Shown: one piece after another, positions 36,717-48,376 of the stretch
Layout of the letters: each line of letters begins with the position of its first letter
Position numbering within the stretch: the first letter of the stretch is position 1
NCBI RefSeq assembly: GCF_048593235.1
Contig: NC_133619.1
Coordinates: forward strand, 604,354,558-604,418,557
Reading direction: 5' to 3'
DNA: 64,000 nt
Source of the DNA: Sminthopsis crassicaudata
Taxonomy: Eukaryota
The notes under the pieces: model-generated
Seen by the model: the letters and a program-made list of their open reading frames with translations, nothing else
Databases searched by the model: none
What the model was told of the DNA's origin: nothing
Position numbers and translations under genes: made by a program

Positions 36717-39700
36717 GGATGTTTTCTGTTTCAAACGCTTTAGTGTTATAGTCCCTGGATCACACTGAAAGTCTCCCGAATGGCTGTATTATTATTTATT
36801 TTACAGATAATGTCTGTAAAATGTTAAATCATTTGTTTGGGGTCACTTATCTGGTAAATATCAGAGATGAGATTTGAATTGAAATTTCTCCCATCCTAAG
36901 TTTGTCATTCCTTCCATTATATTATACTGTTTCTCAGTATCACCAGCAAAATTTTGCAGGGTGAGGATCCCCGTATAGGACAATCTATTAATAAATTTAC
37001 CAAAAAATTACTTTCTTTCCTGTGTTCAGCAATCCTTAGTTCCTCCCTTTGTTCACAAAGGTTTATCACTGAACCCAGGTAGGCTCTGGGACCAATAGGG
37101 GGTGGCCTGAGCCAGATTTCCCCTGTAAAGAAGCCTCAAGGTAGTATGAAAGACATTTTGATCCTTTCTGATCCCACTGACCCACCCTCTCTGCTGTAAA
37201 CCTGAAGTCCCCATCTTTCCAATATTCAGGATTGCTGAGAATCTGGTTTTTCCAGATTCTCCTCATGATACTACTCTAGGAAGGGTACAGTCAAGGGATA
37301 GGTAAACCATTTAGAGATAACTTCTATCTCAACCCTTTTCTTCCCAACATCTGCTTATCAGGCAATTCAATGCACTTTTCAGAAATTGAAGAATATGATG
37401 GATAAGGGGACCCATAAATCCTATCTTCTAGTTCCAGACCTTAACGAATCACCTATAGGATTTTGCTATTCTAAAACCCAAGTGGGAATGGGGCTAGGAG
37501 GGATCATAAATCCTAGAAGTAAAGATTTTGAGTTCAAGGTTACCTTAGAAATAATTTAGTCTGATGTCTCTTTTTTTTTTACAGATGAGAAAGCTGAGAC
37601 CTAAGTGACTTGCTCATGATCACACAGTGGGAAATGTCTGAGTTAGAAATTAAAACATAGATTCTGTGACTCCAATTAACCACTAAAAAAAAGCAAATAC
37701 CTGACCAACTTGAGGTAAAGAATGGAATGAAATCACTGAAGAACTAATCTCTGCTGCCTTTTCTCCTATCACATGTACATATCTACGTAAGACTAATAAG
37801 TCAGAGGTCAGCTTGGTATGGTCTCTTGAACTCAGTGGGAGGAAATCAAAATCTGATATGAGCTCAGCCACTAACTAGCTGTGTGACCTCAGGCAACTTA
37901 TGATGGTCACCTGGGCCTGGATAACCTTATCTATAAAATTAGGCTTCAAAAGAGAGTGACCATTTCCATTTAGACATGATCAGATGAGTGACCTTGTGGT
38001 AAATTCAATATTGGGAAGGACACTGATATTCAAATTCAACCTTAGAAATTTTCTAGTTGTGTGATCATAACCAAATCACTTAATTCCTTAGGGTCTTAAG
38101 TTTTTTTATCTGCAAAATAAGGATAATATTTGAAATTCATAACTCACAAGGCTTTTCAATTGGTTAAGCATTTATTAAGCCCTATTACGTATCAGGCATG
38201 AGGTTTATAAAGAAAAAATGAAACAGTTCCTGTCTTTAAGGAGTTTACATTCTCTCAAGGGATAACAATATGTACACATATAATGACATAAAATACATAC
38301 AAAAAAAGATAATTTTGGGAAGTAGGAGAGAGGCACTAGTGAGAAAGGAGCTCAGAAAAAGCTTCTTGTAAGAAGTGGCACTGAATTGTGATAGGCACTT
38401 GTGTTACAAAGACAAAGAAATAGTCTGTGCTCTCAAGGACTTTGTATTATATGAATTGTAGTGAAGAAGCACAAATTTCCAGCCTATGTAAAGACACAGA
38501 AATCAAAGTGTTTGAGCAACATCAAGAAGACCAGATGACATTTTGCCAAATTATACTTGACTTTTTTTTTTCTGATTTGGAAATTCATTACTTGTTGAAC
38601 AATTTCTTCCTACTAATTTATTTTGTTGTTGTTGTTGTTATAAAATCCAGTAATCAGCTGTCATAACAATATTTGAGTGAATCTCTTCCTCCCATTCCCA
38701 TGCTATTGGATAGACTGAACTAGTAGCAGAAACCACCAATTTACTTCCTTGAACCTCAGTCTCACAAATATAAAATGAGGGGGTTGGACTAGATAGCTTC
38801 TAGGATCCCTTCTAGTTCTTAATTTATGATCCTATGATCTAAGTATTTTATTTTAAATCCCACTAGCAGCTCTGGAGATGAAACTTGTCACATAAAATCT
38901 GAAAAAAATTTCCACTTAGAAATATTCAGCAAGGTACATTCCTCCCCTCCTTTAGATGATATTCAAATGTATTGTTCCTCTCTCCTTCCCTCCCTCAAAC
39001 GTCACACAATACAATGGGAATGTCCCAACTCTGTCATTGTTTACCATTATTATCATACCATTGGTTTCTATTGGCCTTGTTCCGTATATGTCAAGGCAAA
39101 GCTTCAGAGAACACAATCCTCTTTTGCCCTCTTAATTGCCTTCCTCAACTTACTTTCTATTTACCCTAACCTGATCCTTGCTAGTTTTGCATTCCTGTGG
39201 CTTTCTGGGAAAAGGCTCCTTTCTTGCTGATGTCCTGCATTTCTGAAACTAAAATGCTTGAAAATTAATTCCTAAAGAAAAACTAGAAAGATGAATTTCT
39301 AAATATTATAGGGGCATGCATTTCCTCATCCTGGCTCTTGCTGCTAGCAAGTTTTCCTTTAATTCTTCGATTTCTATAACAAGACAAGCATCAATACCAA
39401 ATTTAGAAGCAAGGATATAAATAAATAGGTATGGCATGTAATTACAGGCACTTCAACCTGATTCATTCAAACAAAATACTGTTGCAAAAAAAAAAAGTGA
39501 TCTATGGAAGACACACTAGCCTGTATAAGTAATATAAAGCATGATCAAAATCTGAAAACTGCCTCAAACAGCAGACATCTGACTTTTTCAAGAAGAGAGA
39601 TATGAAAACTAAAGATAATACTAGTTTAGAATTTGATGGTGAAAGGTATGAGAAATAATAGCTCATAAAATGATGAGAAATAATGGAAGGAAAAAAGTTT

Positions 39701-39852
39701 GCAAAAAATCAGTAATGGTACAATTGGTCAATGTGAAAGAGAGGATTTAGTACAGTGCCCTTGGGTCTGGGTTGCTTGAGATTTTTTTAATAAAAGCTTT
39801 TTATTTTTCAAAATACATGCAAAACTAGTTTTAAACATTCACTCTTTCCTCC

Positions 39853-40323
39853 CTTTTTATTATAGCTTTTTTTTTTTTTTTTACAAAACATATGCCTGAG
39901 TAATTTTTCAACATTGATCTTTGCAAAAACTTCTGTTCCAACTTTTCCCCTCCTTCCCCTCACCCCCTCCCCTAGATGGCAGGTAGTCCAATACATGATA
40001 AATATATTAAAGTATATGTTAAATATAATATATGTATACATATTTATATAGTTATCTTGCTGAATTAGAAAAATCAGATCTAGAAAGAAAGTTTAAAAAA
40101 CCTAAGAAGGAAAACAAAATGCAAGCAAACAATAACAGAGAAAATGCTATGCTGTGGTCCACACTCATTTCCCATAGTTCTCTCTCTGGGTGTAGCTGAT
40201 TCTCTTCATTATTGAACAATTGGAACTGGTTTGAATCATCTCGTTGTTGAAGAGGGCCACGTCCATCAGAATTGATCCTCACATAGTATTGTTGTTGAAG
40301 TGTATAATGATCTCCTGGTTCTG
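39853..40323 (-). mobile_element. L1 3' end, older subfamily
   Basis: T-rich start, CCCCTAGATGGCAGG, TCTCTCTGGGTGTAGCTG and other L1 3' UTR motifs in reverse. Confidence 0.8.
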
Positions 40324-40495
40324 AGTAGACCACAAGGAAATCCTAGGAAAAATTCAAGAACTGCCAGAAGATAATTCAAAAGAGATACTTAATCTAAGCC
40401 TGAGTACTTTTCTCGCCCAGTTTTGGATCTAATTTACCCAAAGAGCTAAGACATCTTGAGAGTGGTCATTGAACAGATCCGGTTGAGGAGAACAC

Positions 40496-40568
40496 CCAGC
40501 AGATGGCAACAAAGATCAGTGGACGTTGAGAACGGAGGCACCAGTGCAGACACCAGCAGGTGGCAGCG
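40496..40568 (+). promoter_or_regulatory. Tandem pair of CTCF-like motifs
   Basis: CCAGCAGATGGCAAC (40496-40510) and CCAGCAGGTGGCAGCG (40553-40568), same orientation, 57 bp apart. Confidence 0.5.
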
Positions 40569-41585
40569 CAGTGAAGAGGCTGACCATCGTCTGGTACCAT
40601 AACTAGACATCAATAGAGTGGTATGTGGCTGCAATGTTAATCCTCTTCCTAGTAACTCCTGCGAAAGGGAGCATAGGAAAGTGAGAGATTAAGCCTGGGG
40701 CTTAGAGTAGGGAAGCCAGCTTCACAGATTACTGTGGTATGTGATCACTTAGACAAGTGACAGAAAAGTCCATCTATCTATTGGACTCAATGACCCCTAA
40801 GTTCCTTTCTAGCTCAAAATTTAGGATTCTATGATCCTGAGGGGTCAAGACCCAATATATTAATGCCAGTGACTATTGAAGTTGTATAGTGTGCCCTGAT
40901 GCATTGAGCAGTGGATCTCAAATAAAAAGTATATTTATCATTTTATGAAAGATGTTTGCAGTATATTCTTGGTCTAAAACTAAGTTGTAAAGGACTGAGT
41001 GAATACTACCAGTATTTGGGTTATAGAAATGGGAACCTGAAGTTGCCTAAGTGATTTGTGTCGATCAGCTAGAAGATGAACAGTACGGCTCCAGTATATA
41101 TAGAACTAACAAACATCTCTGGAGAGTCAGCATTAGTTAACCATCAACTCCAGACTGCTCAAAGTACTAGCTGAGTATTACAAGCAACAATCTGGAAGTA
41201 ATACTTAGACACTGATAATTTCTGACTTCTATATGGAAACAAACAACAAGAAAGAGGCCAGAGGTGACATAGCTGATCTCTCTTCATCTCAAAGGAAAGC
41301 CAGAAAAGTTCAACTTTGATAATTCTCTGGTACCGGAAAGGACTATATAAAGAGTAATTAAAAATGAGAATAACAATATATTTTAGCTGAACTTAATTAA
41401 GTCAAGAATTATATGAAGAACTATAGAGAAGAATGGAAGAACTATATGAATAATTAAAATGAACTTTAAAAATACTCAATAAAATTAGCTTTTCTTCTAT
41501 TTAGTATAATACAAAAAGAAAGGATGAATTTCTAGTATGTGCAGCTCATTCCTCTTTATAAATTAATTATAAATTCAACATGTAA

Positions 41586-41870
41586 TTTCTTTTGTTGTTT
41601 TTTGAGAACAGGTCTTCCTGTCTTGCCCAGTCTGGAATTACAGCAGCCATTCATCAACTGATTTCAATACTGATGGGCTTGGAAGCTTTAATGTGCTCTG
41701 TTGACCAAGTTACTCTCTTCTTAAGTAGTCTGGTGGCCCTCTATTCCCTGGGCTTATTGATGCTGATTAAGATGAAAAGAGTTCATCAAATCAGTCCACT
41801 GCTGTTCAAAATTTGCAAATTTAAGAGATCCACCAGCTTTAATCTCCATGGCAGGGACTGTGTGAGCATA
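41586..41870 (-). pseudogene. Decayed 7SL (SRP RNA) retrocopy
   Basis: Collinear with reverse-complemented 7SL (TTGCCCAG-CTGGA, TACTGAT, CTGGTGG-CC, TATTGATGC, AAG-GATCC-CCAGC) over ~270 nt, with a T-rich tail at 41586-41603. Confidence 0.7.
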
Positions 41871-42799
41871 GAAGCATTGTGGTAAAGGACTTTTACCATG
41901 TAATCTCCCATGGGGTCTGCCATACCCGGTAACATGTAATTTTCACAGTAGTGCTGCTTGCCTGTAATTCTTTCTGGTCTTTCTGTACTTTCTATGCATT
42001 TTTAAAAGTGCTTCAATGATCCTTCTTTTCTTCTTTTTCTTTCTTTTTATTCCATATCCCTAACATTCTTCTTTCTGCTACTCTACCCCCAAAATGAAAA
42101 GAAAAAAGAAAAACAAAATCTGTGTAACTATGCCTCATTAAACAAAAGAAACTCTCACATTGGTTGTGTCCAAAATTGTATGTTTTTGTGCATCTTAAGC
42201 CCATCACTCCTCAGGACTGGGAACATATCTCTCATTGATCCCCTAGAGTTATATCGTTGGTCACTGTATTCAGCAGAGTTCATAAGTCTTTTGAAGTAGT
42301 TTGACTTTATGATGTTTCTATTTTGAGAATTATATTTGCTTCATTCTGCTTATAAATCTTTCCATATTTTTCTGAAACCATACTTTTCATCATTTCTTAC
42401 AGTTCAATTATATTCCATAGACTACAATTTGTTCAAACATTTCCCAATTGGTAGACACCTCCTTAATTTCAAATTCTTTGCTAAAGCAAAAATTAACTGC
42501 TATAAATATGTAACGTGGGTTCTTTTTCTTTGACATTTTTGGGGCAAAAACCATTGTGATAGAGCTGAATTAAAGTTGAATACACAATTTGGTAATGGGG
42601 GGCATAGTTCTAAATTGCTTTTTACAATGACTGGACCAATTTACAGCTCCATCAACAGTACATTATTTTGCCTTTCTTCCCACAGCCCCTCCAACATTTG
42701 CCATCTTTACCAATCTGAGGAGTGTGAAGTAGAATCTTGTAACATTTTTCTTCATTTAATTGTTGATAGCTTAAATTTCTTTTTTGAAAATTACCTGTT

Positions 42800-43767
42800 T
42801 TTTCCCCTCCTCAGCCCTCAGTCTTCTCTTTTCCTACCCTTCCTACTCCCTTCTCCTTCCTCCTCCCTTCCTCCTCTTCTTCTCCTCTCCCATCCAAATC
42901 CTTCCCTCTATCCTTACTCCTTCCTCTGTTCCCCAGCAATGTTGGAGACAGTTAAGGAGGCCATGGAGCCTGTCAAGGTGGACATCATGGGACTGTGCCA
43001 GGACATGTTCTTTAAGATAGCCACGTACCTGACTGGTGAGCTGATAGCCACCAGTGAAGACTATAAGCTTCTGGAAAATATGAACAATCTGGCCAACTTG
43101 AAGCATCTAGAAATGAAAGATATTGCAGTAAATATAAGTAGAAACCTAAAGGATCTAAACCAGAAATATACAGCACTTCAGCCTTATCTGCCTGAATCAG
43201 ATCACTGAGGAACAAGGAGCATCTCTTGAGCAGGAAGCCTCCAACTTGGATACATCTTCAAAGAAATTAGGGAAAGAACAAGGATGTCTTATAGATGGCA
43301 AGAGAAGAGAGACAGAGATGGTTCAAAGCAAAATGCAAGACATTAGAGAGGCGATGAAAATTATTTAGCACAAAGACTTTAACTCCAAGAATGCTTCCTA
43401 AGAGCTGAAATGAGTGAGAAGGAAGTTGTCAAACTTCTAAGGCTTCAGTTTATAAAAGCAGCGGTAGTACTGGTCCAAGGAGAATGGCAGACCTACCTTT
43501 GGATGAATGTGTAACTTTGACCACTACTTCATGTCTTCTTAACACTGTACTTTGGAACTCTTATCATGTGCTTCATTGGGTGCCCTGGATCAAGACTCAG
43601 AAATCAGGATCAACTCCCCCCTCCTCCCAAGCAGACACAGATGAGCTACTCTGCTCTCCTTGTTTCCTCCCCTTCCTTTCTCTCTTTGACTGTTCTGAAT
43701 GTGCCTCCATCCCTAATAACCTGTTTTTGAACTTATATAATAAATGCCAATTTATGAAAAAAAAAAA
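42800..43767 (+). pseudogene. BLOC1S2: BLOC1S2 processed pseudogene (retrocopy) inserted into an old minus-strand L1
   Basis: 42939-43190 translates to MLETVKEAMEPVKVDIMGLCQDMFFKIATYLTGELIATSEDYKLLENMNNLANLKHLEMKDIAVNISRNLKDLNQKYTALQPYL, clearly BLOC1S2, without introns. A 4-nt insertion CCTG (43191-43194) shifts frame; the shifted frame continues NQITEEQGASLEQEASNLDTSSKKL. AATAAA 43739-43744, A11 43757-43767, 14-bp TSD GAAAA(T/A)TACCTGTT at 42786-42799 and 43768-43781. Confidence 0.95.
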
Positions 43768-44232
43768 GAAAAATACCTGTTCACATTCTTTTACTACTTA
43801 TCTACTGAGGAATGACTTTCTTCTAACTTTATAATTTAGTCTATGTACATTTTAAATACTGTTGTATGTACACATGTTGTTTCTTTAAGGGAAGAAACAG
43901 ATTTATTTTTTGTTTGTGAATTTCCAGTACATAGCATAGTACCTGGTCCTTAGGAGGCACTTAATACATATTTTTTGGTTGATAAGTAGCACAAAACATG
44001 AAGTGCTGGACTTGCAGTCATCAACATTTACTAGCTCTGTGACCTTGAGCAAGTAACTTAAGCTTCCTAAACCTCAGTTGCTTCATTGGTAAAATGACAA
44101 AATCTTGAGTTCATGCTATAACATAGTGGTGACCCTTCAGTCAGTTCAGTTCAGAGGTACAACAGTACCTTTCTTCCTGAGTCATTAGGAGGATTAAATG
44201 AGGATAATAGAGAGGGTCATTGTGAGGATCTT

Positions 44233-44236
44233 TCTA

Positions 44237-44288
<52 letters not shown>

Positions 44289-44328
44289 GAGATATAAATT
44301 TAGAGAGAGATAGAGATAGATAGAATCT

Positions 44329-44375
<47 letters not shown>

Positions 44376-44379
44376 TAGA
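44233..44379. repeat. Inverted tetranucleotide microsatellites (TCTA)n - spacer - (TAGA)n
   Basis: Perfect 50-bp inverted arms at 44233-44282 and 44330-44379 with a 47-bp spacer. Confidence 0.95.
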
Positions 44380-45042
44380 TGGTTATCTCCTCATTTGATC
44401 CTCACAATGATTCAGGGAGAGGCTGTTATTTTATTATCCCCATTTAACAGATGAGGAAACTGAGGCTGAGAAAGGTTAAGTAACTTGCTCATAGTCACAC
44501 AGTTAAGTATCAGAAGTAAGATTTGAACTCAAGTCTTCCTAAAACATTACACTGCTGGTGTTTTTCAGTCATGATTGACTTATTGTGACACCATTTGAGG
44601 CTTTCTTGGCAAAGATTCCAGAAGGATTTGCCATTTCCTTATGCAGCTCATTTTAGAGATGAGCAAACTGAGGCAGACAGGATGCACTGTCTTGCCCAGA
44701 ATTACACAGTATCTGAGGCTGAATTTGAACTCAGAAAAATGAGTCTTCCTAACTCCAGACCCAGCTCTCCATGCACTGCACATACATAGTACATAGTAAA
44801 TGCTAACTTTTATGAGCATGCTCAGAAATCAAGGTGAAAAAAGGCTTCCTTGGATAATTCCCAACCTTTCTGAGAGTGAGCTTGAAAAATTGCTCTATGG
44901 GACAGAGAAGAATTAGGAAACACCTGAAAGAACTCAAGGCTCATTTAACAGGGGGCTTGAGAGATGGCTGTAGAAGCCTGGAGAACTGAAGGAACCCCAG
45001 TACCATGAACTCAAGATACTCTGGATTGCCTGTGAGGTAATC

Positions 45043-45346
45043 TGTAAAGGGCTAGAATTGAGCAATGCACTTGGATAATGAAGCACGTGAGACTAATTGC
45101 CAATTGGACAGTTCTCTATTAACTTGATTGAAGGTTGACCCTCCCCAGCTGTTCTGTGCTGACTTGATTGTTGGGACAAAGAGGGGGAAGTGACTTGTGT
45201 GGGAGGAGTAGGAGAAAGTTGGGTCGTGGAACTCACGCTCTCTCGCACTCGTGACCTGGCGTTGGAGGGTGACAGTAAAAGATCCAGAATAAAGACGTTT
45301 AGTGATCCTGACTCCTGCTGATTTCTGGGAAGAGAGAGTTCCAGCA
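45043..45346 (+). mobile_element. Solo LTR (304 bp), probably ERV class II
   Basis: TG...CA termini, 6-bp TSD GTAATC (45037-45042, 45347-45352), AATAAA 45288-45293, several intact CpGs. Confidence 0.85.
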
Positions 45347-46640
45347 GTAATCAATGGTTTTCAATGTTGAACTGGCACAGTGGATACGGTCAGATCCCTG
45401 GGGCAGAGAAAGATGAACGAAAGATGATCTTCATCTGCCTAATAGGATTCTACCAGTTTGGGTACATGCTCTATAACATTTCCAGAGCCTGTCACTTTCT
45501 TATTACTTATGGAACAAAAGTGATTGGTCATATGAAAGACCGGAGGTATGGATCTATTTGGTTGATGAATCAGTTAATTAGTAGTGCTGTGGATAGAGAG
45601 CTGGGCCTGGCATCAGGAAGACTTGACCTCAAATCTAACATCAGACAATTGTGCAAGTCACTTATCTTTCATTTTTCTACTGTAAAATGGGCATAAAAAC
45701 AATATAGCACCTACCTACTGGAATTATTGTGAGAACTCATCTATAAACGTTCATTAAGCATCGACTATGTGTCTGGAATAGAATTAAATACTGGGGATAC
45801 AAATGGTGGCAAAAACCAATCTCTGTCCTAAAGGAGTTTACAATGTAATGGGGGAGATAAATAAGAACATATGGGAAGGATCAAATGAGAAAATGCATTT
45901 AAAGCACTTAGCACAATGCCAGACACATAGTAAGTGCTATATAAATGTGAGGAGCTTAAGGAAAGGTTGCTGAAGCTATGAGATTGTTAGAGAAGATTGT
46001 TGGTAAGGAGCCATTGATGGACAACTCCATTTCTACTGGAGAACCTCTGTTAAGTCTGGGGGTCACAGCATGGAATGAATACTGATGATGAAAAGAGAGA
46101 TGGGCTCAACTAGTCCAGTTCAGAGTACTGTCAAAAGTCAGATTTGTGACCCTGGACAAGTCACTTAATCCCAATTGCTTTAGGGGAAAAAAAAAGAGAT
46201 TTTCCTAGAATTTGGTCAATGGCTACTATTGGAAATGTGCAAAAAATTAAGGCATTCTCATCAGATTTCTCAAAGAAGTCTCTTATAGGAGATGGAATAT
46301 TGCCCAGGGAAATTGAGTAGCCAGGTCATTCTATCTCTGTCCTTTAGGGACCAGGAAAGGCAGGAAAGCCAAGTCCTTGGACAGGGAATAAAGGAAAGAA
46401 AGAAAGAAGAGAAATTGATCTAATCTTCTGTCAGATGATGGAGGCTCCTATCTGAAAGGGGAGACAGATCAAAGACCCAATCCTCAGGAAGTTCTCCATC
46501 TAAGACAAAAATATAGATCTTGCCCTTGGGAAGGCTCTGTTCTGATGGGATGGCCCTATACACTAACCTCTTCCAAACTAAGCAACTCCTGCCTACCCCC
46601 AAGTCTGAATCTGAAATCCCCTTTTCAATATGGAGCTTGA

Positions 46641-46918
46641 CATACTATTTTCATCTTTCTTTTGGTTTACTTTTTTTCTCTTTCTCATGATTTTTTCCCT
46701 TTTGTGCTGATTTTTCTTTCACAACATAACAAATATGGAAATATGTTTAAAATGATTGATGTTTAAATATGATTAAAATGATCAGAATGCTTATTGTCTT
46801 GGGGAGTGGGGAGGTAAAGGAAAGAGGGAGAAACAATTTGGCAGAATCTTACACAAATGAACGTTGAAAGCTATCTTTATATATAACTAGGAAAATAAAA
46901 TACTATTGAGGAAAAAAA
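46641..46918 (+). mobile_element. L1 3' end
   Basis: L1 3' UTR with A tail. TSD ATGGAGCTTGA at 46630-46640 and 46919-46929. Confidence 0.75.
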
Positions 46919-47981
46919 ATGGAGCTTGAAAACCAATAATTTACCCCTTCTTAGCTTCTCCCTCACTTTTTCCAAAAGCCCCTTTGATTTCCCCAAACCT
47001 GTTTTTAAGTGGGTTCACTTTCACATAAACCCCTCTTTTGTTCAAGAGGCCTTGGGGTTTCCTGGAAACCAGGGAGTGGTAAATAAGTGGGCTTCAAAGT
47101 CACTGTTGGCCTCTCATATTTGAAGACAACAGACTTTAAAACACCACAGCACATCCTCTGCCCATCCTCACCCCTACCCACAGCTCCCTCAAGAGAGGAA
47201 CACCTAAAAGTTCTACCCAAAGAAGAGGCCAGGAGAACTCTTCCTACAGGGGCAGGATGGAAGCAGGGTGGGGGGAGGCAGATGACAATGCACCCTATTT
47301 CAGTAGGTGCTGGGTAGGCCGATTATTGAAAATGGAGGAAATAGAACATAAACATAAACAAGTAAGGAATAGTCTGTAGAACACAATATGTCAGAGTTGG
47401 GAGGGCTCTTAGAACAGAGAATATCAGAGCTCAATAGAAGAAGTGTTATGATATAGTGGGAAGAGTGTTAAATTTTGAATCAAAAGGACATGAGTTCAAA
47501 TCCCATCTCTGACACTTATAGGTTCTATGACCTCTTGTTGTACCTCAGTTTCCTCATCTCAAAAAAGTGGGAGATAATGATAGCATCCATCTCACCTTAT
47601 GAAGATCAAATGAGTATGTAGGCAAAATGTTTTGCAAACTTTAAAATATTATGTACAACATTGGATATTATTAATAAATTGAAATAAAGTTATAAAAATA
47701 TTTGAAAATCAAGTTTCCAGATCCCATATTGAGAATCACTACTGGAGAGAGACAGAGACTGGTCCTAACAACCAGAGTCCCAGACAATTCCTCTGGTTAG
47801 GGGTTGGGGGAATAGTGGCAGGAGAACCCTAAGAAAGAAATCCACATCTCCCAATTGTTTCTAATTCCTAATGGAAGGCAGGGCAGTGGGAAAAAACCCT
47901 CCTGGGACACAGACATTACCTAAGGCTGAAAGAATGTTAGAGGTCAAAGAGTCCAAACCCTCCTTTTAAAAAGGAGGCAAA

Positions 47982-48376
47982 TATTTTCATCCAGAGAGGG
48001 GACTATGGGAACTGAATGTGGATCACAACACAATATTTTCACCTTTGCTGTTGTTTGCTTGGTTTTATTCCTCTCATTTCCCTCCCCCCCTTTGATCTGC
48101 TTTTTCTTGTACAACATGATAAATGTGATGTCTAAGGGAAGGGGGAGGTGGGGAGGGAGGGAGATTTGGAACACAAGGTTTTGCAAGGGTGAATGTTGAA
48201 AATTATCTTTGCATGTATTTTGAAAAAAGTAAAAGCTTGATCTGAGTTCAAATATGACCTCAGACACCAAATACTTTCTAGCTGTGTGACCCTGGGCAAG
48301 TCACTTAACCCCAATTGCCTCAGCAAAAACACACAAACACACAAAAAAGTAAAAACTATTATTAAAAAAAGTAAAT
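47982..48376 (+). mobile_element. L1 3' end with a truncated WSINE1 (48238-48342) nested in its tail
   Basis: Outer TSD AAAAAGGAGGCAAA (47968-47981, 48377-48390). Inner TSD AAAAAAGTAAAA(G/A)CT (48223-48237, 48343-48357). Confidence 0.8.

Noticed and set aside
42576-42938. N-terminal 121 residues of the 210-aa ORF as a real protein extension
   Set aside because: It starts at TTG, reads antisense old L1 and then a polypyrimidine tract (S/P/L/F-rich), and has no recognisable domain.
44810-45560. Unique-looking sequence flanking the 304-bp LTR as a pseudogene
   Set aside because: After removing the LTR, the frames I translated contained stops and resembled no protein I know. BLASTX would be needed.
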